Of a stretch of DNA of 64,000 nucleotides, positions 55,426 to 64,000 are shown piece by piece. A program made the position numbers and the translations under genes. Under the pieces are notes generated by a model, which was not told the DNA's origin, did not search any database, and was given only the letters and a program-made list of their open reading frames with translations. Where the stretch lies: NCBI GenBank assembly GCA_964291215.2, contig OZ219790.1, positions 1,152,001 through 1,216,000 of the forward strand, given 5' to 3'. This DNA comes from Alphaproteobacteria bacterium (GTDB lineage: Bacteria; Pseudomonadota; Alphaproteobacteria; MPNO01; UBA830). The stretch's first letter is position 1; every line of letters starts with the position of its first letter.

Positions 55426-56985
55426 TGGCGGTCTTCGACGCCACGGCGCTTTTGCTGTTTCTCGAACCCAATGCCAAACCCCCGCTCGATCCCGAAGCAG
55501 GAACCCCCATTGCCGATGTGGGCGCACGTGTCGAATTTCTGGTGAAAGCTCTGGAAGAGCGGCACGAGGCCATTGTGATACCGACGCCCGCGCTTAGTGA
55601 GGTCCTAGTAGTCCACCGGCATTGTATTGATGGTTTTTTTGTGGGTAGTATTTTCGTGTCGGCGTTCGTTGGAATCTGGACAGTGCCGATATCCACACGG
55701 GCAGATGCCGAACAGGCAGGCAGCCGCAGCCCCATGCGCAGGTCCGGACAACGGGCATGCCCGCAGGTCTTCGGCGCAATGACAGGAGCAGCGCATATGG
55801 CCAACTTTCGGGGCAGGAAGCTCTACCGGGTGACCCTTTCAGCGCAGGAGCGCCGGGATCTGAAGGCGATTGTCGACAGCACCGGGGCTGCCTGGCGCCG
55901 GGCACAAATCCTGACGCTGAGGGGGCGCTTGTCGATGCCGACATAGGGCTGGGCACGGCGACGGTCGAGCGCTTGCGCAAGCGCTGCGTCCTGGAGGGGC
56001 TGGACGCCGCCCTCAGCCGCAAGGAGCAGGTGAACCGCCGGCCAAAACGGCTGGACGGGGCGATGGAGGCGAAGCTGGTCGCCCTGTTCGTCCCCGCCCG
56101 AGGGCTGTGGACGCTGCTCGCCGGCCGTCTGGTGGAGATCGTCGAGCGCATTTCGGAAGAAACGGTCAGGAAGACGCTAAAAAAAAGAGATCAAGCCGTG
56201 GCTGAACTGGTGCATTCCACCGCACCGGAGCGCACAGTTCGTGGCGGCGATGGAGGATGTGCTTGACATTTATCAGCGGGACTTTGCCAGAGACGAGGTG
56301 CTGAGACCAGCCGGCAGCAGGAAACCCGCATCCCCCGGTCAGCCGGAGGTGGTCGACTATGAATATGAGCGCAACGGTACGGCCAACCTCTTCATGGCCT
56401 TTGCGCCCAACGAGAACTGGCGCACGGTGAAAGTCACCGACCGCCGCGGGACTGGGCGCACTTCATCCAGGAGCTTGCCGACGACCATTTCCCCGACAGG
56501 AAGATCGTGCTGGTCATGGATAATCTGAACACGCACAATCCCTCATCGCTGTATGAAGCCTTCGAGCCCGAGGAGGCGGGTACGAAAGCGGTTCGAGTTT
56601 CGCTACACGCCGAAGCACGGAAGCTGGCTCAACATGGCCGAGATCGGTGCGCTGTCGCGGCAGTGCCTTCGGCGACGCATTCCCGACCGCGACACCATGC
56701 TGCGGGAGACGGCGGCGTGGGTGGAACGGCGCAATGCGGCCGATGTCACTGTCGACTGGCGTTTCACGACGAAGGATGCCCGAACGAAACTGAAGTCACT
56801 ATATACATCAATACAATAATGTTAGACTACTAGTGCACGCCGGCGATGCGGGACCGGCGTATCTGAAGCTCTTGAACGGTAGCCGTTGTTTCCGTATCGA
56901 ATCGTTCGACGAGCGGGCCGCAATCGAACTTGCGGCGATGACCCACGATGCCATTGCCGCAGGCGACCTGCGCGCGGGCTCCGTC
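55425..56985 (+). pseudogene. PIN-domain protein split by IS630 copy 2 and 3'-truncated
   Basis: MAVFDAT.LL...IVIPTPALSEVL, resuming after the insertion as VHAGDAG...FDERAAIE. Frame is restored across the CTAG. Confidence 0.75.
55605..56833 (+). mobile_element. IS630 copy 2 (non-autonomous)
   Basis: Same ends and CTAG target as copy 1, opposite orientation; A-run frameshift site near 56180. Confidence 0.92.
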
Positions 56986-57026
56986 ATCCTTGCGTCCGGC
57001 ACCGATGGGTTACACGAGGACGGCCC

Positions 57027-57295
57027 ATGAGAACGATCCACCACTTGAGGGCGTTGGCAGTCGCGGCATTGTTCGCCGCATCGGCCGCCGTGGTGCCTGC
57101 CGAGGCGGCGCTGCTCCGTCTCACGCTCGTTCACGTCAACGGCTGTAACCAGATGGCCGGCATCAAGGGAGCGGGCGGCGCGGCGAAAATCGCCACCGTC
57201 GCGGCGGAAGAGCGCGCCAAGGACGCAGCCGAGGGCGGCCATGTCGTGCTCACCTTCGGCGGCGACATGATCTCGCCCTCCCTGCTCTCGGTCGT
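57027..57295 (+). pseudogene. 5'-nucleotidase/metallophosphatase N-terminal fragment
   Basis: Signal peptide, LTLVHVN(G), GGAAKIAT, FGGDMISPSLLS, then truncated. Confidence 0.7.
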
Positions 57296-57299
57296 TCGG

Positions 57300-57397
57300 G
57301 CGTCCGCGCAGGGCTTCCGACTTGCGTGACAACTCCTCCACAGCACGACCAGCCCGCGGGGGTCGAGATGCCCGGGATGAATGCTCCAGAGATGCAT
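57300..57397 (-). pseudogene. Pyrimidine-dimer DNA glycosylase-like N-terminal fragment
   Basis: MHLWSIHPGHLDPRGLVVLWR resembles the family pattern MRLWSxHPxYLDxxGLVALWRE. Confidence 0.5.
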
Positions 57398-57540
57398 GTC
57401 CGCATTCTCAATGCCGGAGGGCCGCCGGACAACACGAGCCTTATGGAACCGGCGGGTCGCCCTTCCCGCCACGGCCTCGCGGAATGCCTACCGCGACGAT
57501 GCGGTCTTCGTGCTGACATAGTGTTAATACATTTCTGACC

Positions 57541-58246
57541 CCCGTTCCATAGTGAAGTGCAAAACATGGTGCGGTGTGACCAGGTGTTTTTAGACGCATG
57601 ATGTTGCGGAGCGGCCAAGTAGCGGCGAGAATTCCTGTACAAGATGAAGGGAGCTTGTTCATGCCCAAAGGCTACCATCACCTACGAAGAGCGATGCCAG
57701 ATTGAGGCGCTAAAGGAAAGCGGTCTTTCACAAAGTGCGATTGCTCGGCAGCTGGGCCGTGACCGATCGACAATTTTTCCGGAGATCAAGCGCAACACCG
57801 GGGGACGGGGTTACCGTCACAAGCAGGCACAAAGGATGGCAGAAACGCGCCGCAGGGCAGCCTCGTCTGCTTCTTGGCGGCTAACGCCTCGGGTTGAAGC
57901 TCAGGAAAAGCTGCGGGAGGGCCCCGAGCAGATCAGCGGCCGTTTTCGGCTGGAGGGCCGTGGGTCGGCAACGGATCCATGATCACATTCATGAAGATCG
58001 GAGAGGCGGGGGCGTCTTGTGGAAAAAGCTTCGGCGGCGCGGCAAGAAGCCGAACTGGAAGGGTGGATGCCATTCCGGCCGGGTCCTTGGCCGAGTGGAC
58101 ATTTCCGAGCGCCCTGCGGAGGCAAAGGAACGGAGGTAATGTTCGACCTTGAAGTGAAACCGCCCTGACCATCTGCGCCATGTTCCGAAGCCGCAACGTG
58201 CAGCAGGGTCCATGCCGCGCGACGACGAAATAGTGGCTTGAAGCCG
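57541..58246 (+). mobile_element. Decayed IS30-family element, catalytic core deleted
   Basis: HTH EERCQIEAL...SQSAIARQLGR..STI.EIKRN, PEQISG, ISERP; end cccgttccatagtgaagtgcaa. Confidence 0.8.
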
Positions 58247-58292
58247 ACAAAGGCGTTGCATAAGCTCGATGTTGAAGGAACTGAAGCTGTTC

Positions 58293-59523
58293 CTAGTAGT
58301 CTGACATTATTGGATTGAGAGATATAGTGACTTCAGTTTCGTCCGGGCATCCTTCGTCGTGAAACGCCAGTCGACAGTGACATCGGCCGCATTGCGGCGC
58401 TCGACCCACGCCACGGTCTCCCGCAGCATGGTGTCGCGGTCGGGAATGCGTCGCCGAAGGCATTGCCGCGACAGCGCGCCGCTCTCGATCTCGGCCATGT
58501 TGAGCCAGCTTCCATGCTTCGGCGTATAGCGAAACTCGAACCGCTTTCGTACCCGCCTCGCCTCTTCGGGCTCGAAGGCTTCATACAGTGACTGTGCGTG
58601 TTCAGATTGTCCAGCACGATCTTCCTGTCGGGGAAATGGTCGTCGGCAAGCTCCCGGATGAAGTGCGCCCAGTCCCGCGGCGGTCGGTGACTTTCACCGT
58701 GCGCCAGTTCTCGTTGGGCGCAAAGGCCATGAAGAGGTTGGCCGTACCGTTGCGCTCATATTCATAGTCGACCACCTCCGGCTGACCGGGGGATGCGGGT
58801 TTCCTGCTGCCGGCTGGTCTCAGCACCTCGTCCCTGGCAAAGTCCCGCTGATAAATGTCAAGCACATCCTCCATCGCCGCCACGAACTGTGCGCTCCGGT
58901 GCGGTGGAATGCACCAGTACTGCTTCAGCCACGGATTGATCTCCTTTTTTTTAGCGTCTTCCTGACCGTCTCTTCCGAAATGCGCTCGACGATCTCCATC
59001 TCCACCAGACGGCCGGCGAGCAGCTTCAGCGGGCACAGCCCTCGGGCGGGGACGAGACCAGCTTCGCCTCCATCGCCCCGTCCAGCCGTTTTGGCCGGCG
59101 GTTCACCTGCTCCTTGCGGCTGAGGGCGGCGTCCAGCCCCTCCAGGACGCAGCGCAAGCGCTCAATCGTCGCCGTGCCGATGCCCAGCGCAATGTCGGCA
59201 TCGACAAGCGCCCCCTCAGCATCAGGACCTGTGCCAGGCGGCCCCGGTGCCGTCGACGATCGCCTTCAAATCCTGGCGCTCCTGCGTTGAAAGGGTCACG
59301 CGGTAGAGCTTCCTGCCCCGAGAGTTGGCCATATGCGCCGCTCCTGTCATTGCGCCGAAGACCTGCGGGCATGCCCGTTGTCCGGACCTGCACATGGGGC
59401 TGCGGCTGCCTGCCTGTTCGGCATCTGCCCGTGTGGATATCGGCACTGTCCAGATTCCAACGAACGCCGACACAGAAATACTACCCACAAAAAACCATCA
59501 ATACAATGCCGGTGGACTACTAG
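58293..59523 (-). mobile_element. IS630 copy 3 (non-autonomous)
   Basis: Same ends and CTAG target; partly different set of deletions. Confidence 0.92.
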
Positions 59524-59557
59524 GCGGAATCGAGAGGGGCAGAGGGGGGAAATTTGC

Positions 59558-59640
59558 GCAACATCCGGCCCTCATCGCAGTGAGGACGTAGCCCGAACGG
59601 AAATGAGGGCCGGATGTTGCACTTCAGACTGGAAGTGGGG
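59558..59640. repeat. IS30-like MITE, copy C
   Basis: 18-bp inverted repeat gcaacatccggccctcat (59558-59575) / atgagggccggatgttgc (59603-59620), continuing acttcagactggaagtgggg. Confidence 0.7.
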
Positions 59641-59659
59641 TTGTAATTCATGTATTATT

Positions 59660-59900
59660 TCAGGCAGTCATTCGTCATGTGATTCAAACCGAATGACTTC
59701 GCGATGTCGCGCACCACTTCGCCGGGTATGCACTCGACCACCTCGGCCCACGACTGGCGTTCGAAGTGATGGACATTGACATCCACGACTAGCCAGTCAT
59801 CAAGGCCGCGCTCGCGCACGGTACGCCTTCCCGCGCCAGCGTCTCGCGGGTATCGGAATCCTTGCGGAGTTGGGTCAGCTCACGCGCCAGCTGCCAGTCG
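59660..59900 (-). pseudogene. Amidohydrolase_2 family, N-terminal part
   Basis: RERGLDDWLVVDVNVHHFERQSWAEVV resembles the family beta1 D-x-D-x-H motif. Confidence 0.6.
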
Positions 59901-59943
59901 CCTTCCATCGACTCTCCTCCGCGGATCGTCCCCGCGCGGACTA

Positions 59944-60810
59944 CTAATGCACCATCAACAGTGGAACCTGGGCATTCTGGAGGACATGGCGAGTAACTCC
60001 GCCGAGAATGAGTTCGCGCAGCCGGCTGTGTGAATAGGCTCCCGTGACGAGCAGATCGGCTTCGAGACCGGAAGCCTCCTCGAGCAGGACTTCCCCGACA
60101 GCACGGTGATCAGGCTCTATCTCGACGACCTCGGTCGAGACATCATGCCAAGACAAGTATTTCGCGATGTCCTGCGGCGCAGGTCCCTGCTTGGCGCCGG
60201 TCTTCACCGCAACCACCGTCACGGACCGGCTCGACACGAGAAACGGCAGCGCGGCCGCCACCGCGCGCGCCGCACTTGCGCTTCTGTTCCAGCCGATGAC
60301 CACATTCTCCCCGACGGACTGCGGCACGGCAGGGGGGGCGATCAGCACCGGGCGCCCCGTTCGGAAAAGCGCCGCCTCCGCGGACATCTCGCCGACTGTC
60401 GCCTGATCCGGATTCGCAGGCCCGACCACGATGAGGTCGTAGGCGCCGCCGCGCGCCGCGACCACCTCCGACGCCGCTCCACTTGCAGTCTCCCACGACG
60501 CGGACGGCATTTCGGCCGGAAGAGCGGTTTCCCGGTTGTCGATCTTGCGGTCCGACAGCATTTCAACAAAACGCTGGCGCGCCAGCGTACACTGGCGCTC
60601 CCGTTCTTCCTCGAATTCCCGAGACATCTGTCCGTGGATGGCCTCGAACAGCCCCATTGCTCCGGCAGGAATCATGTCGCTGACATCACCCGAAACGAAC
60701 AGGCAGTCAGCGTGGCCGCCGAACAGTTCGGCGAGAAGCAGCGCGGTACCGATAGCACTCTCGTCGTGGACGATATCCCCCAGCGGCACGAGCATGTACT
60801 TGATCGCCAT
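59944..60810 (-). CDS. Universal stress protein (two USP domains)
   Basis: DLIVVG, TGRPVLIAP, IGWN.S..AARA, DLLVTGAYSHSRLRELILGGVT. Confidence 0.93.
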   Translation of the reverse strand: MAIKYMLVPLGDIVHDESAIGTALLLAELFGGHADCLFVSGDVSDMIPAGAMGLFEAIHGQMSREFEEERERQCTLARQRFVEMLSDRKIDNRETALPAEMPSASWETASGAASEVVAARGGAYDLIVVGPANPDQATVGEMSAEAALFRTGRPVLIAPPAVPQSVGENVVIGWNRSASAARAVAAALPFLVSSRSVTVVAVKTGAKQGPAPQDIAKYLSWHDVSTEVVEIEPDHRAVGEVLLEEASGLEADLLVTGAYSHSRLRELILGGVTRHVLQNAQVPLLMVH

Positions 60811-61003
60811 GGCTCCCTCCCGATCGATCCGCTTTCGTCCAGACTATATCACGGCATCGCTGCCGCTCGCCACACTTTGTCGCGGGATTTCCTCGACATC
60901 GGCGCCGCGCCAGTCCGGGTGCGACCGGCGAGTTTGGTTTAAGATAACGACCATGTTACACAGCACCGCACACTGCTGTCATCACGAAAGCGGGAGGTTT
61001 CCC

Positions 61004-61969
61004 ATGAAATATCTGAATCTTGCCCTCGGCGCGGCAGTCGGCGCGGCACTCGCTGCCTCCGCGTCGGCGCAGACCGTCGGCATAGGCTCCACCAAAGGCG
61101 GAGCGGTGTCGCAGATTACGGCGACAATCTCGAAGGCGGTCTCAGAACATTCCGGCGGATTGCAGATGCGCAAGCAAACCATGGGCGGGACGCAACAGTA
61201 CATCCCGGTCATCAACGCGGGCGAACTCGAATTCGGAATCTCGAACATTGCCCAGTACCACATGGCGCGGACCGGCACCGGGCTGTCGAAGGGCACCAAG
61301 TACGAGAACCTGCGGCTCCTGACCACGATGATGAAATTCACGGTGAGCCCGGTCGTGCCAATCAAGTCGGGAATCACCAAGACATCCCAACTCAAGGGTA
61401 CGCGGATGGCAACTGGCTTCAAGGGAGCTCCGCTGTTCGTCAACATTCACAATGGCGCGCTTGCAACAGCCGGACTTACAGAGGCTGATATCAAGTCGGT
61501 GCCCCAGGTCGGCCTCGTGCAGCACTGGCGCGCGTTCATCGCCGGAAAGATCGACTGGGTGATCGCAGCCGCAGGATCGGGTTTCGTCAAACAGATGCAG
61601 GCCAAGATCGACGGCGGCGTACGGCACATTTCCCTGCCCAACACGCCCGAATCGCTGAAGGCAATGCGTAGCTGGTTCCCCAAGACCGAATACAGCATCG
61701 TGAAGCCTTCCAAGGGGCTGACGGGGGTGCTCGAGCCGACTGTGTTCATCACCTATGACTACTTGTTGTGGTCCAACAACAAGGTGAGCGACGACATCGT
61801 CTACAAGGTCACAAAGGTCATGCACACCCAGGAGAAACAGCTCACGGAGGGAGGCCCGCTGTGGAAGAGTTACGAGGCCAACAAGCGCTTGTCGAAGCCG
61901 CAAGGCCATCCGTATCATCCCGGCGCGATCAAGTACTACAAGGAAGTTGGTCTCTGGCAGGGCGGCTAG
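61004..61969 (+). CDS. TAXI-family TRAP solute-binding protein
   Basis: Signal peptide, IGST.GG, C-terminal PYHPGAIKYYKEVG. Confidence 0.92.
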   Translation: MKYLNLALGAAVGAALAASASAQTVGIGSTKGGAVSQITATISKAVSEHSGGLQMRKQTMGGTQQYIPVINAGELEFGISNIAQYHMARTGTGLSKGTKYENLRLLTTMMKFTVSPVVPIKSGITKTSQLKGTRMATGFKGAPLFVNIHNGALATAGLTEADIKSVPQVGLVQHWRAFIAGKIDWVIAAAGSGFVKQMQAKIDGGVRHISLPNTPESLKAMRSWFPKTEYSIVKPSKGLTGVLEPTVFITYDYLLWSNNKVSDDIVYKVTKVMHTQEKQLTEGGPLWKSYEANKRLSKPQGHPYHPGAIKYYKEVGLWQGG

Positions 61970-62156
61970 GCCCGAATCACGCGGCTACCGGCCCGGCTGC
62001 CCGCGAACCGTGGGCGGCCGGAGCCCCCGCCTGCGCTGGATGGGTTGGCTGAACGCGGTTCCGCTGGCATTGCATGACCGACCGCCGGACCACAAGAACC
62101 GCGCCGTTGCGGGCCGACGCGTTCCGGCCGACGCGGCAGGGACGGAGAATCGGGAC

Positions 62157-64000
62157 GTGACCGATACCAGCCAGAACGACGCTCCGGAAGAAAGGAGGGG
62201 GGCAGGCCTGCTAGCACAGCGCGAAGAAGCCCCGCTGATCGCCCGCATCTCTCTCGGTCTCGGAGCGATCGTCACAATCATCTCCGTCACCTGGGCCATC
62301 GACCTGTGGCTGGAACTCGGGTTCCAGTGGTTTGACGAGCAGGCAATGATGACGTGCCTGGGCCTCACGCTTGGAATAATCTTCCTGCGTTTCCCGGCGG
62401 ATGGCTCGAAGCGTCGGCTAAGGCTGCCGTGGTATGACGCCGTACTCGCCGTACTCGGCGTCGCCACCTGTTTGTATGTCGTCTACATCTACGGTGATAT
62501 CGAGGCGAATCCGTTCATGATGCGTGACACGGCGTTCGTATTCAGCGCCATTCTCCTCCCTCTCGTATGGGAAGCTCTGCGCCGGACTACGGGTTGGAGC
62601 CTGACGATCGTGTTCAGCGCCTTCATCCTCTACGCGTTTGTCGGCCACCTGATGCCGGGCATGCTTAAGGGTGTCGAGCAGAACAATATCCGCCTGATAG
62701 CAGAACTCGGCACGACAAATGTCGCCCTGCTCGGCCTGCCACTCCAGATCATCGTGCTGACGGTGGTTCTCTTCATATGGATGGGACAGCTGCTGCTCCA
62801 TTCGGGGGCCTCCGAATGGTTCACCGATGTCGCCACCGCCCTGATGGGACACTCGCGCGGCGGATCGGCAAAGATTGCGGTCGTCGCTTCGGGCATGTTC
62901 GGTTCGATCTCCGGTTCGGCGGTGTCGAATGTAGCGTCGACCGGCGTCATCACCATCCCGCTGATGCGCCAGGCCGGCTATGACGCCAAGAGCGCCGGCG
63001 CCATCGAGGCGGTCGCATCAACCGGCGGACAGATCATGCCTCCGATCATGGGGGCGGCAGCGTTCCTGATGGCGGAACTGCTGGAACTCGAATACACCGA
63101 AATAATTCTGGCTGCCCTCCTGCCGTCGGTGCTCTACTATCTTGCAGTGTTCGTGCAGGCCGACTTGGAAGCCGCCAAGCAGGGCATCGCGCCAGTTCCG
63201 AAGGACCGCATCCCGCCCTTTTTGCGCATCGCCAAACAGGGCTGGTTCTTCCTGCTTCCGTATGTTGTCCTCATATACGTGCTGTTCTGGATGAACCTGC
63301 CACCGCAGCAGGCAGCGTTCTGGGCCGCAGTGTCGGTAATCGTCGTCAGCATTGTCTTTTCCTACAATAAGCACCGTATATCGCCGAAGCAGTTCTGGGA
63401 CGCCATCGCCTCGTGCGGGCGGGCATCCGCGGACATCATCGTGATCGGCGCAATGGCCGGCATCATCATCGCAATTCTCGACCGCACCGGCCTCGGACAG
63501 GCGCTGACGCTTATCCTGGCCGCGGTCGGCGAAGGAAGTCTCTTCCTGTTGCTGGTACTCACGGCAGTGGTTTCGATTCTGCTCGGGATGGGAATGCCCA
63601 CCTCGGCCATCTACCTGCTGCTTGCCACCATGATTGCGCCGTCACTGATCAAGCTCGGCATTCACCCGATCGCCGCCCACATGTTCGTCCTGTATTACGG
63701 GCTGATGTCAATGATCACCCCGCCCGTTGCAATAGCCGCCTTCGCGGCGGCGTCCCTGGCCGGTTCCAGACCCATGGAAACAGGCATGACGGCAGTACGT
63801 CTCGGCTGGATCGCCTACGTGATTCCGTTCGTTTTCGTGCTTTCCCCAGCGCTGATTGGACAGGGTTCCGCGACGGAGATCCTGTTGGCGGCGGTGACGG
63901 CCATAATCGGCGTCTGGATCGCCTCATGCGGCCTGATCGGCTATATGTTCGGACCGCTGAATCCGGTCGACCGCGTAATTTTCTTCGCCGCCGGCATATT
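62157..64000 (+). CDS. TRAP fused 4TM/12TM permease (partial, runs off the window)
   Basis: Hand translation from GTG 62157: GGSAKIAVVASGMFGSISGSAVSNV, IEAVASTGGQIMPPIMG, LGMGMPT, ITPPVA. Confidence 0.92.
   Translation, partial: MTDTSQNDAPEERRGAGLLAQREEAPLIARISLGLGAIVTIISVTWAIDLWLELGFQWFDEQAMMTCLGLTLGIIFLRFPADGSKRRLRLPWYDAVLAVLGVATCLYVVYIYGDIEANPFMMRDTAFVFSAILLPLVWEALRRTTGWSLTIVFSAFILYAFVGHLMPGMLKGVEQNNIRLIAELGTTNVALLGLPLQIIVLTVVLFIWMGQLLLHSGASEWFTDVATALMGHSRGGSAKIAVVASGMFGSISGSAVSNVASTGVITIPLMRQAGYDAKSAGAIEAVASTGGQIMPPIMGAAAFLMAELLELEYTEIILAALLPSVLYYLAVFVQADLEAAKQGIAPVPKDRIPPFLRIAKQGWFFLLPYVVLIYVLFWMNLPPQQAAFWAAVSVIVVSIVFSYNKHRISPKQFWDAIASCGRASADIIVIGAMAGIIIAILDRTGLGQALTLILAAVGEGSLFLLLVLTAVVSILLGMGMPTSAIYLLLATMIAPSLIKLGIHPIAAHMFVLYYGLMSMITPPVAIAAFAAASLAGSRPMETGMTAVRLGWIAYVIPFVFVLSPALIGQGSATEILLAAVTAIIGVWIASCGLIGYMFGPLNPVDRVIFFAAGI

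Noticed and set aside
51905-59523. Composite transposon bounded by IS630 copies
   Set aside because: Copies 1 and 2 each split a different gene whose halves rejoin across a single CTAG, so they are independent insertions.
10422-59640. Decay of elements as a simple long-read polishing artefact
   Set aside because: The lesions are 5-7 nt repeat-bounded deletions rather than homopolymer slips, are partly shared between copies, and appear in single-copy pseudogenes. Considered unlikely, but not excluded without reads.
1-64000. CRISPR array, tRNA, rRNA, retron or DGR
   Set aside because: No regularly spaced repeats or structural RNA signatures seen by eye. The only RT lies within group II intron boundaries.

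Overview
GC-rich alphaproteobacterial chromosome window (Rhodospirillales-like by gene content; inference). It has intact housekeeping and catabolic genes: recJ-glpX-hom-alaC, aromatic and CoA-ester catabolism including a split 2-aminobenzoate (abm-type) cluster, a Rieske dioxygenase, a peptide-type ABC transporter, form II coxSLM, a USP and a TAXI-TRAP transporter. These are interrupted by blocks of decayed, nested mobile DNA at about 10.4-13.4 kb, 15.7-17.1 kb, 39.2-48.3 kb and 51.6-59.6 kb (ISAs1, IS110 x2, IS1634, IS66, a group II intron, IS3, IS630 x3, IS1595, IS30, an integrase). Two signals stand out. (1) The two related IS110 copies have bridge-RNA-like non-coding ends whose target guides differ, and each guide matches that copy's own insertion site; the copy-2 donor guides match the element's outer ends. 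(2) Unselected DNA has been eroded mainly by 5-7 nt deletions between short direct repeats, while neighbouring functional genes are untouched. No rRNA, tRNA or CRISPR array was seen. All alignments were done by eye.
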